The notes beneath the pieces are model-generated. The model saw only the letters and a program-made list of their open reading frames with translations. It was not told the origin of the DNA and did not search any database. Made by a program: the position numbers and the translations under genes. Below are positions 27,608 to 37,153 of a DNA stretch of 64,000 nt, piece after piece. Each line of letters opens with the position of its first letter. Position 1 is the first letter of the stretch. The DNA is from an uncultured Treponema sp. (GTDB taxonomy: Bacteria; Spirochaetota; Spirochaetia; Treponematales; Treponemataceae): assembly GCA_947177175.1 (NCBI GenBank), contig CAMWTK010000006.1:1039-65038 (forward strand), read 5' to 3'.

Positions 27608-29212
27608 ATGAGCAAGTATGTTTTGGTAACGAGCGGCGTCTGTTCCAGTTTGGGAAAAGGTGTCGCGACGGCATCAATCGGCAGTCTTCTGGAATGCAGT
27701 GGCCTGAAAATTGCGATGGTCAAATGCGATCCGTACATCAACATTGATGCCGGTACGATCAGTCCGTATCAGCACGGCGAGGTGTACGTTACTGAGGACG
27801 GCGCGGAGACCGATGCCGATTTGGGGACGTATGCGCGCTTTACGAACGTGAACGTGAGCGAAGGCGACTGCGTGACTATCGGCAAGGTGTACGAGACGGT
27901 CATCCGCAATGAGCGCGCCGGTCGGTATAACGGGCGCGCCGTGCAAGTCATTCCGCACATTACCGACGAAATCAAGCGGCGCATCGTACAGGCGGGGACG
28001 AAGACGGGTGCGGATGTCGTTATCGTGGAAATCGGCGGTACGGTCGGCGATATTGAGTCCATTCCGTTTTTGGAGGCGGCGCGGCAGTTCAGCCACGAGC
28101 AGGGCAAGGGAAACTGCATTACGGTGCACTTGACGCTCGTTCCGACGATTATCGGCGGCGAGCTGAAAACAAAGCCGACCCAGCACAGCGTCAAGCAGTT
28201 GCAGGAATGCGGGATTCAGCCCGATATTCTCTTGTGCCGCTGTGAGCGAGCCATAGAGGACGAGATGCGCAAGAAAATCGCGCTGTTCTGCAACGTGTCG
28301 CTCGGTTCGGTCTTTACGTCGGTCGATATTGACGCATCCATTTATGAATTGCCGGTGCTGTTTTATGAGCAGGGAATTGCCACGGCTATTCTGGAAAAAC
28401 TGGGCATGGGCGACCGGCACATTGCCGTCAAGCCTTGGACGGATTTTTTGGCAAAACTGCAAAAGACAAAAAAAAGCGTCACGGTCGCGATGGTGGGCAA
28501 AAAGGACTATTTGGACGACTGTTATAAAAGCGTGCAGGAAAGTTTGTTCCATGCGGCGGTGACTACCCATGGCATTGGCTTGCGGTTGCATAAAATCGAC
28601 GCGGAATCGCTGGAATCCTGCATGGACATCGCGCCGCATTTTCAGGATGTGGACGCGATTATCATTCCGGGGAATTACGGGCAGCGCGGCTTTTTGGGAC
28701 TGCTTGCGACGGTGCGGTATGCGCGTGAGCATCAGATTCCTTATTTGGGCATTGATCTGGGAATGCAGCTGATGGCGATTGAGACAGCGCGGTCGTTGCT
28801 TGGCTGGGAGGATGCGGATTCGACGGAATTCATGCAGCATACCCAGCATGCGGTCATCAGTCTGCCGGAAGAGCAGTCCGGCGCGGCGGCGGCGGGCGTG
28901 GTCAAACTGGGCGCGCTGCCGGTCGCCATTATGAAAGAGACGAATATGTATGCGGCGTATCGCACTGAGGCGGTGCGCGAGCGGCATCGGTCGAAATATA
29001 CGTTTGACCGCCGCTATATGGACGACATGGCGGCGCATGGTCTGGTCGTTGCGGCGACGGCGGCTGACGACAATCAGGTGGAGGCGTTTGAGTGGCGGCA
29101 GCATCCGTGGGGAATCGGCGTGCAGTTCCACCCGGAATTTGTCTCACGGCCGACGACCCCGCATCCGCTGTTCAACGCATTCATCGGGGCGGCATTGACG
29201 CGGAAAAAATGA
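27608..29212 (+). CDS. pyrG: CTP synthase, divergent; glutaminase Cys replaced by Asp
   Basis: SSLGKG, SPYQHGEV, GGTVGDIES, KTKPTQHSV, QFHPEF; GIDLGMQ. Confidence 0.9.
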   Translation: MSKYVLVTSGVCSSLGKGVATASIGSLLECSGLKIAMVKCDPYINIDAGTISPYQHGEVYVTEDGAETDADLGTYARFTNVNVSEGDCVTIGKVYETVIRNERAGRYNGRAVQVIPHITDEIKRRIVQAGTKTGADVVIVEIGGTVGDIESIPFLEAARQFSHEQGKGNCITVHLTLVPTIIGGELKTKPTQHSVKQLQECGIQPDILLCRCERAIEDEMRKKIALFCNVSLGSVFTSVDIDASIYELPVLFYEQGIATAILEKLGMGDRHIAVKPWTDFLAKLQKTKKSVTVAMVGKKDYLDDCYKSVQESLFHAAVTTHGIGLRLHKIDAESLESCMDIAPHFQDVDAIIIPGNYGQRGFLGLLATVRYAREHQIPYLGIDLGMQLMAIETARSLLGWEDADSTEFMQHTQHAVISLPEEQSGAAAAGVVKLGALPVAIMKETNMYAAYRTEAVRERHRSKYTFDRRYMDDMAAHGLVVAATAADDNQVEAFEWRQHPWGIGVQFHPEFVSRPTTPHPLFNAFIGAALTRKK

Positions 29213-29778
29213 AATATCTGTTTCCGCTGTTTGCGGCCGGCATGCTTTTGGGCTGTTCGCTTGATTACGGGAAAACCGAGAGCGTTGAGGACATCGTGCC
29301 TGAATTCCGTTTTTCCGACGCATTTTTCTCACGCTATGAAGACAACGCGGTGACAATGGAGATTGAGGCGCAGAAAATCGAGCAGTACAAGAGCGACGGC
29401 GCATCGTATGCGCGTAAGGCGCGGTTCAGGACGTTTGACGGCGAGGGCGCGCTCGATACGGAAGGCACGTGCAATCTGCTTGCGGCGAACACGCAGGACG
29501 AAATCTATCTGATGTTCGACGATATTTCCGTGACATTGCATGCGCAGGACATGAGGATTTTTGCGGACGCGCTCAGATACGACGGCAAGACCGAGCAGAT
29601 GACGAGCGGTCGCGACGACGAAGTGTCAATCGAGAAAAAAGATACGGTCATCACGGGGCGGGGCTTCAGTTCCAGCGGCGTGAGCAAGACATTTTCGTTT
29701 TTGGCGCAGGTGACGGGCGACATCACCACGGACGAGGGCGAAGAATCGGCTGACGGCGAAGGCGGGGCGCAGGAATGA
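29209..29778 (+). CDS. lptC: LptC-like lipoprotein
   Basis: LLGC lipobox, beta-jellyroll-like sequence, upstream of lptA/lptB. Confidence 0.65.
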   Translation: MKYLFPLFAAGMLLGCSLDYGKTESVEDIVPEFRFSDAFFSRYEDNAVTMEIEAQKIEQYKSDGASYARKARFRTFDGEGALDTEGTCNLLAANTQDEIYLMFDDISVTLHAQDMRIFADALRYDGKTEQMTSGRDDEVSIEKKDTVITGRGFSSSGVSKTFSFLAQVTGDITTDEGEESADGEGGAQE

Positions 29779-30524
29779 AACGGCTGTGTGCGCTTGCCGC
29801 CTGTTTGCTTACGGTTTCCGTGCTGGCTGCCGAGACTATCACGTTCCGCGCGGATTCGCTGACGGGAACGGCGGGCAGCAAGAGCGACACGACGCGCCTG
29901 CAAGGCCATGCGTTCGTCAAGACCGAGACGATGGAGATTGCGGCGGATGTCATCGAGCTGTTCGGCGACAATTTCCGCTATATCACGGCGGAGGGGGCGG
30001 TTACGGGCAAGAACACCGAAAGCCTGATGGATTTTACGTGCGGAAAAATGCGGTATGACCGGCAGACAAAAATCGCCAATTTGGAAAGCTCCGTGCATTT
30101 GGTTGACGTGCAGAACGAAGTGACGGCGGACGCGCAGGTCATCGAGTATAATCAGACGATGGAAATTGCCGTCATGCAGATAAACGTGACGCTCAAACAA
30201 AAAGACAACACCTGTACGGCGGCGTATGCTGTCTACCGCAAGAACGACAAGATGCTGGAAATGAGCGGCAATCCCAAAATCGTGCAGGGCGAGGACACGT
30301 TCCGCGCGCAGGGAATTGCGCTTGACTTGGACACGCAGGAAATTACGTTGGACGGGCGCGTGAGCGGCACGGTGACGGACACCAAAAAAGACCCCGAACC
30401 GGCGGCGGACGCGCAGGAATCCGCGGACGAAAATCCTGCCGAAGAAGTTGCGGAAGATTCCGCGGAAACGACAGCGCCGGTGTTGGACGATGACGGGGCG
30501 ATGGACGGAGCGGGCGATGAATGA
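29775..30524 (+). CDS. lptA: LptA/OstA family periplasmic protein
   Basis: Signal peptide, OstA-like repeats, operon context. Confidence 0.75.
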   Translation: MKRLCALAACLLTVSVLAAETITFRADSLTGTAGSKSDTTRLQGHAFVKTETMEIAADVIELFGDNFRYITAEGAVTGKNTESLMDFTCGKMRYDRQTKIANLESSVHLVDVQNEVTADAQVIEYNQTMEIAVMQINVTLKQKDNTCTAAYAVYRKNDKMLEMSGNPKIVQGEDTFRAQGIALDLDTQEITLDGRVSGTVTDTKKDPEPAADAQESADENPAEEVAEDSAETTAPVLDDDGAMDGAGDE

Positions 30525-31287
30525 CGGCATGAACGAGCCGATGGCAGGGGAACGCGGCGGATTGCATACGTTGCGCGCGAGTAGCCTCTATAAAATGTTC
30601 GGCAAAAAGAAAGTGGTGCAGGGCGTTGATTTTTCTATGCAGACGGGCGAGGTGCTCGGGCTGCTCGGTCCGAACGGCGCGGGAAAAACGACCACGTTTT
30701 ACATGATCGTGGGATTCCACAAGCCCACGGCGGGCGAGATTTTTTTGGACGACCAGCGCATTACCGGCTTGCCCATGTACAAACGCGCGCGCATCGGCAT
30801 TTCGTACCTGCCGCAGGAGCCGAGCGTCTTCCGCAAGCTCACCGTCGAAGAGAATATCTGGTCGATCTTGGAGACGCGCCGTGACCTGACGCGCGCGCAG
30901 AAAAAACAGCGGCTCGAAGAACTGATTGAGGAATTTTCGATTGGGCGGATACGCAAGCAGCAGGCGTTCACGCTGAGCGGCGGCGAGCGGCGGCGCACCG
31001 AAATCGCGCGTTCCCTTGCCATTGAGCCGAAATTCCTGCTTTTGGACGAGCCGTTCGCGGGCATTGACCCGATTGCCGTCGCCGACATCAAGGGGATGAT
31101 CACGCTGCTTGCCAAGCGCGGCATCGGCATTCTGATTACCGACCACAACGTGCGCGACACGCTTGAGATTACCGACCGCGCCATTATTATCAGCACGGGG
31201 CAGATTATGATTCAGGGGTGCAGGGACGAGATTTTGGCAAGTCCCGTCGCCCGTGAGATTTATTTGGGAAAAGATTTTTCGATGTAA
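30517..31287 (+). CDS. lptB: LPS export ABC transporter ATPase
   Basis: [40 protein letters not shown]; exact start uncertain. Confidence 0.93.
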   Translation: MNDGMNEPMAGERGGLHTLRASSLYKMFGKKKVVQGVDFSMQTGEVLGLLGPNGAGKTTTFYMIVGFHKPTAGEIFLDDQRITGLPMYKRARIGISYLPQEPSVFRKLTVEENIWSILETRRDLTRAQKKQRLEELIEEFSIGRIRKQQAFTLSGGERRRTEIARSLAIEPKFLLLDEPFAGIDPIAVADIKGMITLLAKRGIGILITDHNVRDTLEITDRAIIISTGQIMIQGCRDEILASPVAREIYLGKDFSM

Positions 31288-31312
31288 TTTTTTCAGTTAT
31301 TTTTAAATATGA

Positions 31313-31341
31313 TTTACTTTTTTTGTCTGCGGGTGTATAAT
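31313..31341 (+). promoter_or_regulatory. Promoter of cheR, probably leaderless
   Basis: TTTACT-17-TATAAT, 7 nt before ATG. Confidence 0.6.
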
Positions 31342-31348
31342 AAGTTTT

Positions 31349-32167
31349 ATGGCAGACTTATTAACTGATGCAGAATTTGATACGTTCCGCAAGGTCATCT
31401 ATGACCAGAGCGGGATTACATTTTCAGCCACGAACCGTTCGATTCTTGACGGCCGACTGAAAGAAAACCTGCGCGAAAAGCAGATAGCGACCGTCGGCGA
31501 GTATTATAAGCTCATTATGTCTGACGAAAAAGAAATGAAGCAGATGTTGGATTCGGTCACCACCAATCTGACACGTTTTTTCCGCAATCAGCCGCATTTT
31601 GACGCGCTCGTGAATTATGTTATCCCGCACATCATCGAGCAGAAGCGGAAGACGGGCGACCAGCGCATCAACATTTGGAGTGCTGGCTGCTCCACGGGTG
31701 AGGAGCCGTACACGCTTGCGATGATTTTGTGCGACACGTTGCCGTCGCCGTATCGTTTCAATATCATGGCTTCCGACATTTCGCTGAAATCGCTCATGGT
31801 CGGGCAGCAGGGCTTTTATCCCGATTCGCGCGTTACAGGCATTCCGCCGAAATATCTTGCCCGCTTTTTCAAGAAGGTCGAAAAAGGCTATCAGGCGACG
31901 CCGGAATTGATGTCGCATATTAAATTTGACTACCACAACTTGCGCAACGATTCGGGCGTGCGCAACTTTGACATCGTGTTCTGCCGCAACGTGCTGATTT
32001 ATTTTGATGAGCCTGCGCAGAAAGCGGTTATCGACCGTTTTTATAACGCGATGGCACCGCATTCCTATCTGTTCATCGGTCATTCGGAATCGTTGTTCGG
32101 CATGGACACGAAATTCGAATTCTTGAAGACCGAATGGGCGTGTCTCTACCAGAAAAACGAAGGCTAG
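31349..32167 (+). CDS. cheR: Chemotaxis methyltransferase
   Basis: TTNLTRFFR, IWSAGCSTGEEPYT, FCRNVLIYFD. Confidence 0.96.
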   Translation: MADLLTDAEFDTFRKVIYDQSGITFSATNRSILDGRLKENLREKQIATVGEYYKLIMSDEKEMKQMLDSVTTNLTRFFRNQPHFDALVNYVIPHIIEQKRKTGDQRINIWSAGCSTGEEPYTLAMILCDTLPSPYRFNIMASDISLKSLMVGQQGFYPDSRVTGIPPKYLARFFKKVEKGYQATPELMSHIKFDYHNLRNDSGVRNFDIVFCRNVLIYFDEPAQKAVIDRFYNAMAPHSYLFIGHSESLFGMDTKFEFLKTEWACLYQKNEG

Positions 32168-32177
32168 GAGCAGAACG

Positions 32178-33404
32178 ATGGATGATATTTCCGTACTGGT
32201 TTGTGATGATTCCGCGCTGATGCGCAATTTGGTGAGTCGTGCTGTAGAAAGCGTTCCCGGTATGCATGTCGTCGGGCGCGCGGAAAACGGCAAGGATCTG
32301 ATTGAGAAGCTTCCGCAGGCAAATCCCGATGTCATTATCCTTGACATTGAGATGCCCGTGATGTCGGGTATTGATTTCCTCAAGCACCGCAAGGAAAACC
32401 GCATAAAGATCCCGGTCATTATCCTTTCGAGCGTCGTGGAAAAAGGTGCCGCCCTCGCCATGCAGTGCTTGGAACTGGGCGCGGCCGACTTTATTACCAA
32501 GCCGAACGGTTCTATTTCGGCCGATATTACCAAAATCTCCGACCGCTTGATCGAGATGATTTCGTCTTACGGCGGACAGTATGCCCGTCTGCACGGAAAG
32601 ACAGTCTACCGTGACGATTTCTATGCGAAAATCGCCGCCGACCGCGCTGTTGAACGCAAGTTGCAGGGGGTCATGAGCGAGGAGAAACTCAAAGAATTCC
32701 TTGACAAGGAAATCGCCAACAAGGCCGAGGAGGCGCGCAGGGCAAGCGAGATGCTCAAGGCGAGTCTCGCCGCCAAGCCCAAGGAGATTCCCGTCATCAC
32801 GCCGGTGCGTGCCAGCGGCAAGATTGACATTATTGCCATCGGCATTTCTACCGGCGGACCGAACGCGCTGCGCGATATGTTCAAGATGATTGACCCGCGC
32901 CTCAAGCAGCCGGTGCTGGTGGTGCAGCACATGCCGGCGGGCTTTACGAAGGAATTTGCCAGCAGCTTGAACCGCATCTGCGCGCTGGAAGTGAAAGAGG
33001 CGGAGGACGGCGACAAGATTGAGGGCGGTCATGTGTACATCGCGCCGGGCAGTTTCCATATGTTCGTGGAGAAGGACGGCTTGCAGTGCGTTATCAGGCT
33101 TTCGCAGGAGCCGCCGCGCAACGGACACCGGCCTTCTGCGGACGTGCTGTTTGAGAGCGTGGCAAAAGTGTACCAGAACAAGGCGCTCGGCGTTATTATG
33201 ACCGGCATGGGCAAGGACGGCGCGGTGCAGCTGGCAGAAATGCGCAAGCAGGGCGCGTGGACGCTCGGACAGGACGAAAAGTCTTCTATCGTATATGGCA
33301 TGCCGCGGGTCGCGAATGAACTGGGGGCGGTGCAGAAACAAGTGCCGCTGGCGCAGATGGCCGATGAAATCAGCAAGCTTGCGCGCGAGCACGTGGCGAG
33401 CTAA
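32178..33404 (+). CDS. cheB: Chemotaxis methylesterase/response regulator
   Basis: REC domain (DDSALMR, LDIEMP), GISTGGP, VQHMP, GMGKDG. Confidence 0.96.
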   Translation: MDDISVLVCDDSALMRNLVSRAVESVPGMHVVGRAENGKDLIEKLPQANPDVIILDIEMPVMSGIDFLKHRKENRIKIPVIILSSVVEKGAALAMQCLELGAADFITKPNGSISADITKISDRLIEMISSYGGQYARLHGKTVYRDDFYAKIAADRAVERKLQGVMSEEKLKEFLDKEIANKAEEARRASEMLKASLAAKPKEIPVITPVRASGKIDIIAIGISTGGPNALRDMFKMIDPRLKQPVLVVQHMPAGFTKEFASSLNRICALEVKEAEDGDKIEGGHVYIAPGSFHMFVEKDGLQCVIRLSQEPPRNGHRPSADVLFESVAKVYQNKALGVIMTGMGKDGAVQLAEMRKQGAWTLGQDEKSSIVYGMPRVANELGAVQKQVPLAQMADEISKLAREHVAS

Positions 33405-33418
33405 TTCGTGCGGAAATC

Positions 33419-33829
33419 TTACACCACTTGCAGGATTTCCGGCTTAAGAAAATGAAGGCGGCTGCGGCTGACGGCAAAGACAATGCCGGCGGACACCGCC
33501 AAAAAAGACATGGCACAGACGGCTTTGAAAGTTTCCGTGCTTTCAAAGCCGATTTTTTTTGCGATGAGTCCCGACAGCAGGTAACCGGCAACCGCGCTGG
33601 CGACGGGAACGATGAGCGAAATCAGCCCATGCACGGCGCGCGTGAACCGTGAGCGGCCGATACGCACGACCGTTCCCTTTCCGACGGAAAAATGGCGGCT
33701 GTTTGCCACGGCGAACGGCTTTCCGCGCTGAAGACAGCCGGTCGTGCAGGTGACGCAGGCTTGGGTGATGAGCTGCATGGCGAGAATTTCGTCGTCATTG
33801 ACCTGGACGATAAACGCGTGGCTATGCAT
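33419..33829 (-). CDS. RseC/MucC family membrane protein
   Basis: CVTCTTGC motif then two TM helices; ATG overlaps the TPR gene stop. Confidence 0.65.
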   Translation of the reverse strand: MHSHAFIVQVNDDEILAMQLITQACVTCTTGCLQRGKPFAVANSRHFSVGKGTVVRIGRSRFTRAVHGLISLIVPVASAVAGYLLSGLIAKKIGFESTETFKAVCAMSFLAVSAGIVFAVSRSRLHFLKPEILQVV

Positions 33830-34358
33830 GGTGCTTTCCGTCGGGGCTGATATGGCGCATCTGCCGTTTGCACTGCTCGACACCTGCCGTGTTTCCCAGT
33901 TCCTCATAGGTATCGCGCAGGTTGTAGAGCGCGTCGTAATAGTACGGATTTATCGAGACGGCCTGCTCAAAGGCATCGCATGCAAGGGCGTATTCGGAGC
34001 GGTTGAAATAGATGACCCCGATCGTGTTCCATACGTGCGCGTTCGATGGGTTTTTGTCGATTCCTTCCGTGCAGTACGCCAGCGCCTCGTCGTAGTTTCC
34101 TATGCTGTAGCAGATAATCGCGAGCGTTTCGATGATGTCGTCGTCGTCGCTGTTGATGGCGTAGGCTTTTTCGAGCGCGCGGCGGGCATTTTGCAGGTCG
34201 CCCGCGTCGCGGTACGTAATGCCGAGGTTGAACCAGAGCAGGTGATTGTAGCGTTCCAGCGACAGCGCGCGCTTGAAGCAGGCGATTGCCTCGGGGTAGT
34301 TGCCTTGCTGCGCGAGTTCGATTGCCTGCGTGTTCAGGTTTTCGGGCGATTCTCTCAT
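33822..34358 (-). CDS. TPR repeat protein
   Basis: WFNLGITY, WNTIGVIY, LYNLRDTY TPR motifs. Confidence 0.88.
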   Translation of the reverse strand: MRESPENLNTQAIELAQQGNYPEAIACFKRALSLERYNHLLWFNLGITYRDAGDLQNARRALEKAYAINSDDDDIIETLAIICYSIGNYDEALAYCTEGIDKNPSNAHVWNTIGVIYFNRSEYALACDAFEQAVSINPYYYDALYNLRDTYEELGNTAGVEQCKRQMRHISPDGKHHA

Positions 34359-34364
34359 GGCGGC

Positions 34365-35429
34365 CTACTCTTTGCGCAGGGAGTCGAACAGAGCGCCAAT
34401 CAGCTGGCTTGCCTCGCCGTCCGTGTGATAGAAACCGCTCAGCTCGCGGCTCTTGCGAAGCACGAGGTCGTTGCCCTGCGCGCGCGCTTTTTCGATGGCG
34501 TCGCTTTCGGAGAGCAGGGCGATTGCCTGTTCGACGGCGGGCGACGCGATGCCTTCGGCACGTGCCTGGGCGAACAGCGTTTCGAGCGCGGGTCGGTCGC
34601 CGGGGCGTTCCTGGAGGTGCAGGAGCACGGGGAGCGATTTTTTGCCCTCTACGATGTCGTCGCCGCGCTGTTTGCCGGGATTGCCCGTGGTCAGGTTGGT
34701 CACGTCGTCGATAATCTGGAATCCCACGCCGATGTCCTCGGCAATGCTCCCGGCGCGCTCGGCTTCTTCTGCCGTGCCGCCGCCCGCGAGCAAGCCGGTC
34801 TTGACGGCAAGGCGGGCGAGCGTTCCCGTCTTGTTGCGTACCATCGCCGTGTACTCGTCAACTGACGGCACGAGCGCGGTCTGTTTGTGCCACCGGATGT
34901 CCATTGCCTGTCCCAAATGCAGGCGGCGCAGTTCATGCAGGTAGAGCGCATAGAACGTGTTTTTCTGCGCGTCGGGCAGGGCGAGCGATTCGATGCACGC
35001 GGCCGCCTCAAAATAGAGCCAGCTGGCGGCGTTGAGCGCGGTGTCCGTGCCGAACGTGACATGCGCCGCCGGTTTGCCGCGCCGCATGTCCGCGCAGTCC
35101 TCGATGTCGTCATGGATCAGGCTCGCGGTGTGCGCGAATTCCACGAGCGGGGTGAGCCGGTAGGCGATTTCGCCGCTGGCGGCGCACGTGCCTTTTGCGT
35201 CGGCGGCAAGCTCCGCGCACAGCACGAGCAGCAGCGGCCGCCACCGTTTGCCGCCGAGCGCGAGCAGGTCGTGGTTGGGCGCGATAAGTTCGTTGATGTG
35301 CGCGCTGTTCACGCAGGGGTCGAGCGCGCCGAACGACCGCTCCTGCCAGTCCGGGTTTGTCTGCGGCGGCAGTGCCTGCGCGAGCACCGCCTCAATCTTA
35401 TGCAGCCGCGAAAAAAAACGTGCGTCCAT
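34365..35429 (-). CDS. Polyprenyl diphosphate synthase
   Basis: GGKRWRP, LIHDDIED...RRG, KTG, FQIIDD, DIVEGK. Confidence 0.93.
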   Translation of the reverse strand: MDARFFSRLHKIEAVLAQALPPQTNPDWQERSFGALDPCVNSAHINELIAPNHDLLALGGKRWRPLLLVLCAELAADAKGTCAASGEIAYRLTPLVEFAHTASLIHDDIEDCADMRRGKPAAHVTFGTDTALNAASWLYFEAAACIESLALPDAQKNTFYALYLHELRRLHLGQAMDIRWHKQTALVPSVDEYTAMVRNKTGTLARLAVKTGLLAGGGTAEEAERAGSIAEDIGVGFQIIDDVTNLTTGNPGKQRGDDIVEGKKSLPVLLHLQERPGDRPALETLFAQARAEGIASPAVEQAIALLSESDAIEKARAQGNDLVLRKSRELSGFYHTDGEASQLIGALFDSLRKE

Positions 35430-35462
35430 GTCTCCTAGTATAGTGCAGGAACGGCGAAAAGT

Positions 35463-36137
35463 CTATGCCACGCTTGCGTTTGCTTTGGCAATCTCAACGT
35501 CGGCTTTTGCGGCGAAATCCGCGTACTCCGCATTCACCGCGCCCATTGCCGTGAGGTAGGGCACGAGCTTTTCGTTGATTGCGGCGAGCAGGGGCTTCTT
35601 TATCGAGTATGCCGACTCGCCTTTTGCGGCGGTCGCGGTGTCGTTGGCGGCGTTGAACTCGTCCTGCGCGGTGCGGAGCGAGGCGATTAAATCGGCAACG
35701 CCGTCGAGCGACTTGATTGCGTCGGCAAGACTTTCCGCGGCGAAGTCCTCCAGCATCGATTCAATCAAAGAAGATTCGCGCGCGTAGGTCTCATTCACAA
35801 TTGACTTGCCGTACTTGTCGTAGGTGGCGAGCAGGCGTTCGGCGGCGGCTTTCTTTGCGGCGATGGGAATCGCCCCGTAGCCCGAAAGCAGCGTGCCGAG
35901 CGAGCGGATTATCTCGTCGCGCTTCGCGTCCGCGTCCTCGAGCGACCGGGACACCTTGTCCGCCTTGATTGCCGTGGTGATTTTGGCGGAGAGCGTCTCC
36001 ACCTCGCCCATGATCGCCGCGAGCGCGGCATCTTTCGCGACCGCACCGTCCTTGGCGGCCTCCTTGTAGATGCGCACGAGCGCGTCCGATACGGTGTCCG
36101 CGTCGGTGATGCGGACGTTCTGTTTCACTTTTTTCAC
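35463..36137 (-). CDS. DUF6261-like all-helical protein (copy 2), 224 aa
   Basis: GTG start with AAGGAGG RBS; ADAKRD...GY...P...AAERL...Y pattern shared with copy 1. Confidence 0.72.
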   Translation of the reverse strand: MKKVKQNVRITDADTVSDALVRIYKEAAKDGAVAKDAALAAIMGEVETLSAKITTAIKADKVSRSLEDADAKRDEIIRSLGTLLSGYGAIPIAAKKAAAERLLATYDKYGKSIVNETYARESSLIESMLEDFAAESLADAIKSLDGVADLIASLRTAQDEFNAANDTATAAKGESAYSIKKPLLAAINEKLVPYLTAMGAVNAEYADFAAKADVEIAKANASVA

Positions 36138-36149
36138 ACGTTCCTCCTT

Positions 36150-36165
36150 CGGCGGATAACCGCCG
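36150..36165. other. GC hairpin between array 2 and the DUF6261 RBS
   Basis: CGGCGG-ataa-CCGCCG. Confidence 0.6.
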
Positions 36166-36167
36166 TT

Positions 36168-36505
36168 TTTTGCTTGTCGCCCGCCTTTGCGTCGAGAAGC
36201 GAACAAAACTTTGTTTTCTGCCCGTTTTTGCGTCAGGACAAAAAACAAATGTTTGTTTGTTCCTCGCTTTCGCGTTGGGGAGCGAAAAAACATTTGTTCG
36301 CTCGCCGTTTTTGCGTCCGGGCGAGCAAAAAACATTTGTTTGTTCTTCGCTTTCGCGTTGGGGAACGAAAAAACATTTGTTCGTTCGCCGTTTTTGCGTT
36401 TGGGCGGGCAAAAAACATTTGTTCGTTGCCCGCTTTTGCGTTGGGGAGCGAAAAAACATTTGTTCGTTCGCCACTTTCGCGTTGGGCAGACAAAAAATTT
36501 TTGTT
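36168..36505. repeat. Degenerate tandem array, about 8 units mostly alternating 42/41 bp, each a stem-loop
   Basis: TTTGTT anchors at 36210, 36252, 36293, 36335, 36376, 36418, 36459, 36500. Confidence 0.93.
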
Positions 36506-36554
36506 TGCCGTGCGCCATGAAAAGAAAACCCGCCCGCGCCGAAGCGGGGCGGGG

Positions 36555-36587
36555 AAGCCCGCAGAAACTTTCAAAAACTGCGGGCTT
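36555..36587. terminator. 10 bp hairpin downstream of the 36621-37049 gene
   Basis: AAGCCCGCAG/CTGCGGGCTT. Confidence 0.4.
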
Positions 36588-36620
36588 TGGTTGCTTGGTC
36601 AGTCTCTCTCCGTCAGTTGT

Positions 36621-37049
36621 CTAATTCTTGCTCAGAAGTATCGGTGCGCAAAGACCGGGTTTGCGGTATTCATCAGGGATGCGCCTACCTTTGATGCCCG
36701 TCGATATGTTTGACGGGGCGGGTTTTCCTGTGAACTGTACTCGGTGTTCGCCGCTCGGTTCCCATGAGTCCGCGACAAAGACTTCCTGCACTATGCCACC
36801 TATGACGGCAAAGACATATTTGTAGTCCTTTACGGTATTAAGTGAAACATTATACCACGACCCGCGCGCGGCCTCGTACAGGCTACCGCACTCCTCCACC
36901 ATGCGGTCACTTGTCTTGACGATGACGTACTTGAATTTTGGCTCTTTGTAGCAGGTTGCGGACGGGTCTCTGACTTTCACTGTAACATGCACGGAATGTA
37001 CCTTATGGCAGTCAGGACACTCAATATCGAAATCGACAGAATTTGTCAT
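36621..37049 (-). CDS. Hypothetical protein with CxxC..H knuckle and YEAARGSW domain
   Basis: GGAG RBS, lower GC; resembles a domain recalled from LEM-3-like GIY-YIG proteins. Confidence 0.65.
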   Translation of the reverse strand: MTNSVDFDIECPDCHKVHSVHVTVKVRDPSATCYKEPKFKYVIVKTSDRMVEECGSLYEAARGSWYNVSLNTVKDYKYVFAVIGGIVQEVFVADSWEPSGEHRVQFTGKPAPSNISTGIKGRRIPDEYRKPGLCAPILLSKN

Positions 37050-37153
37050 GCTGTATGTCTCCAAAGTATTTGGTGTGGATCGCACGGAAGGGCGGTGCGC
37101 TTCCGTGCTGAGGTTTGCCGCGCTGTTGCTCCCGTGCGGCGGGGGAGTGCGGG

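Noticed and set aside
34365-35429. Second aspartate motif DDVTN instead of DDxxD
   Set aside because: A known variation in prenyl synthases; no evidence of novelty.
36168-36505. Repeat-protein ORFs across array 2 in all frames (e.g. the 35463-36518 extension)
   Set aside because: The 41/42 bp period is incompatible with one coding frame; the real start is GTG 36137 with an AAGGAGG RBS.
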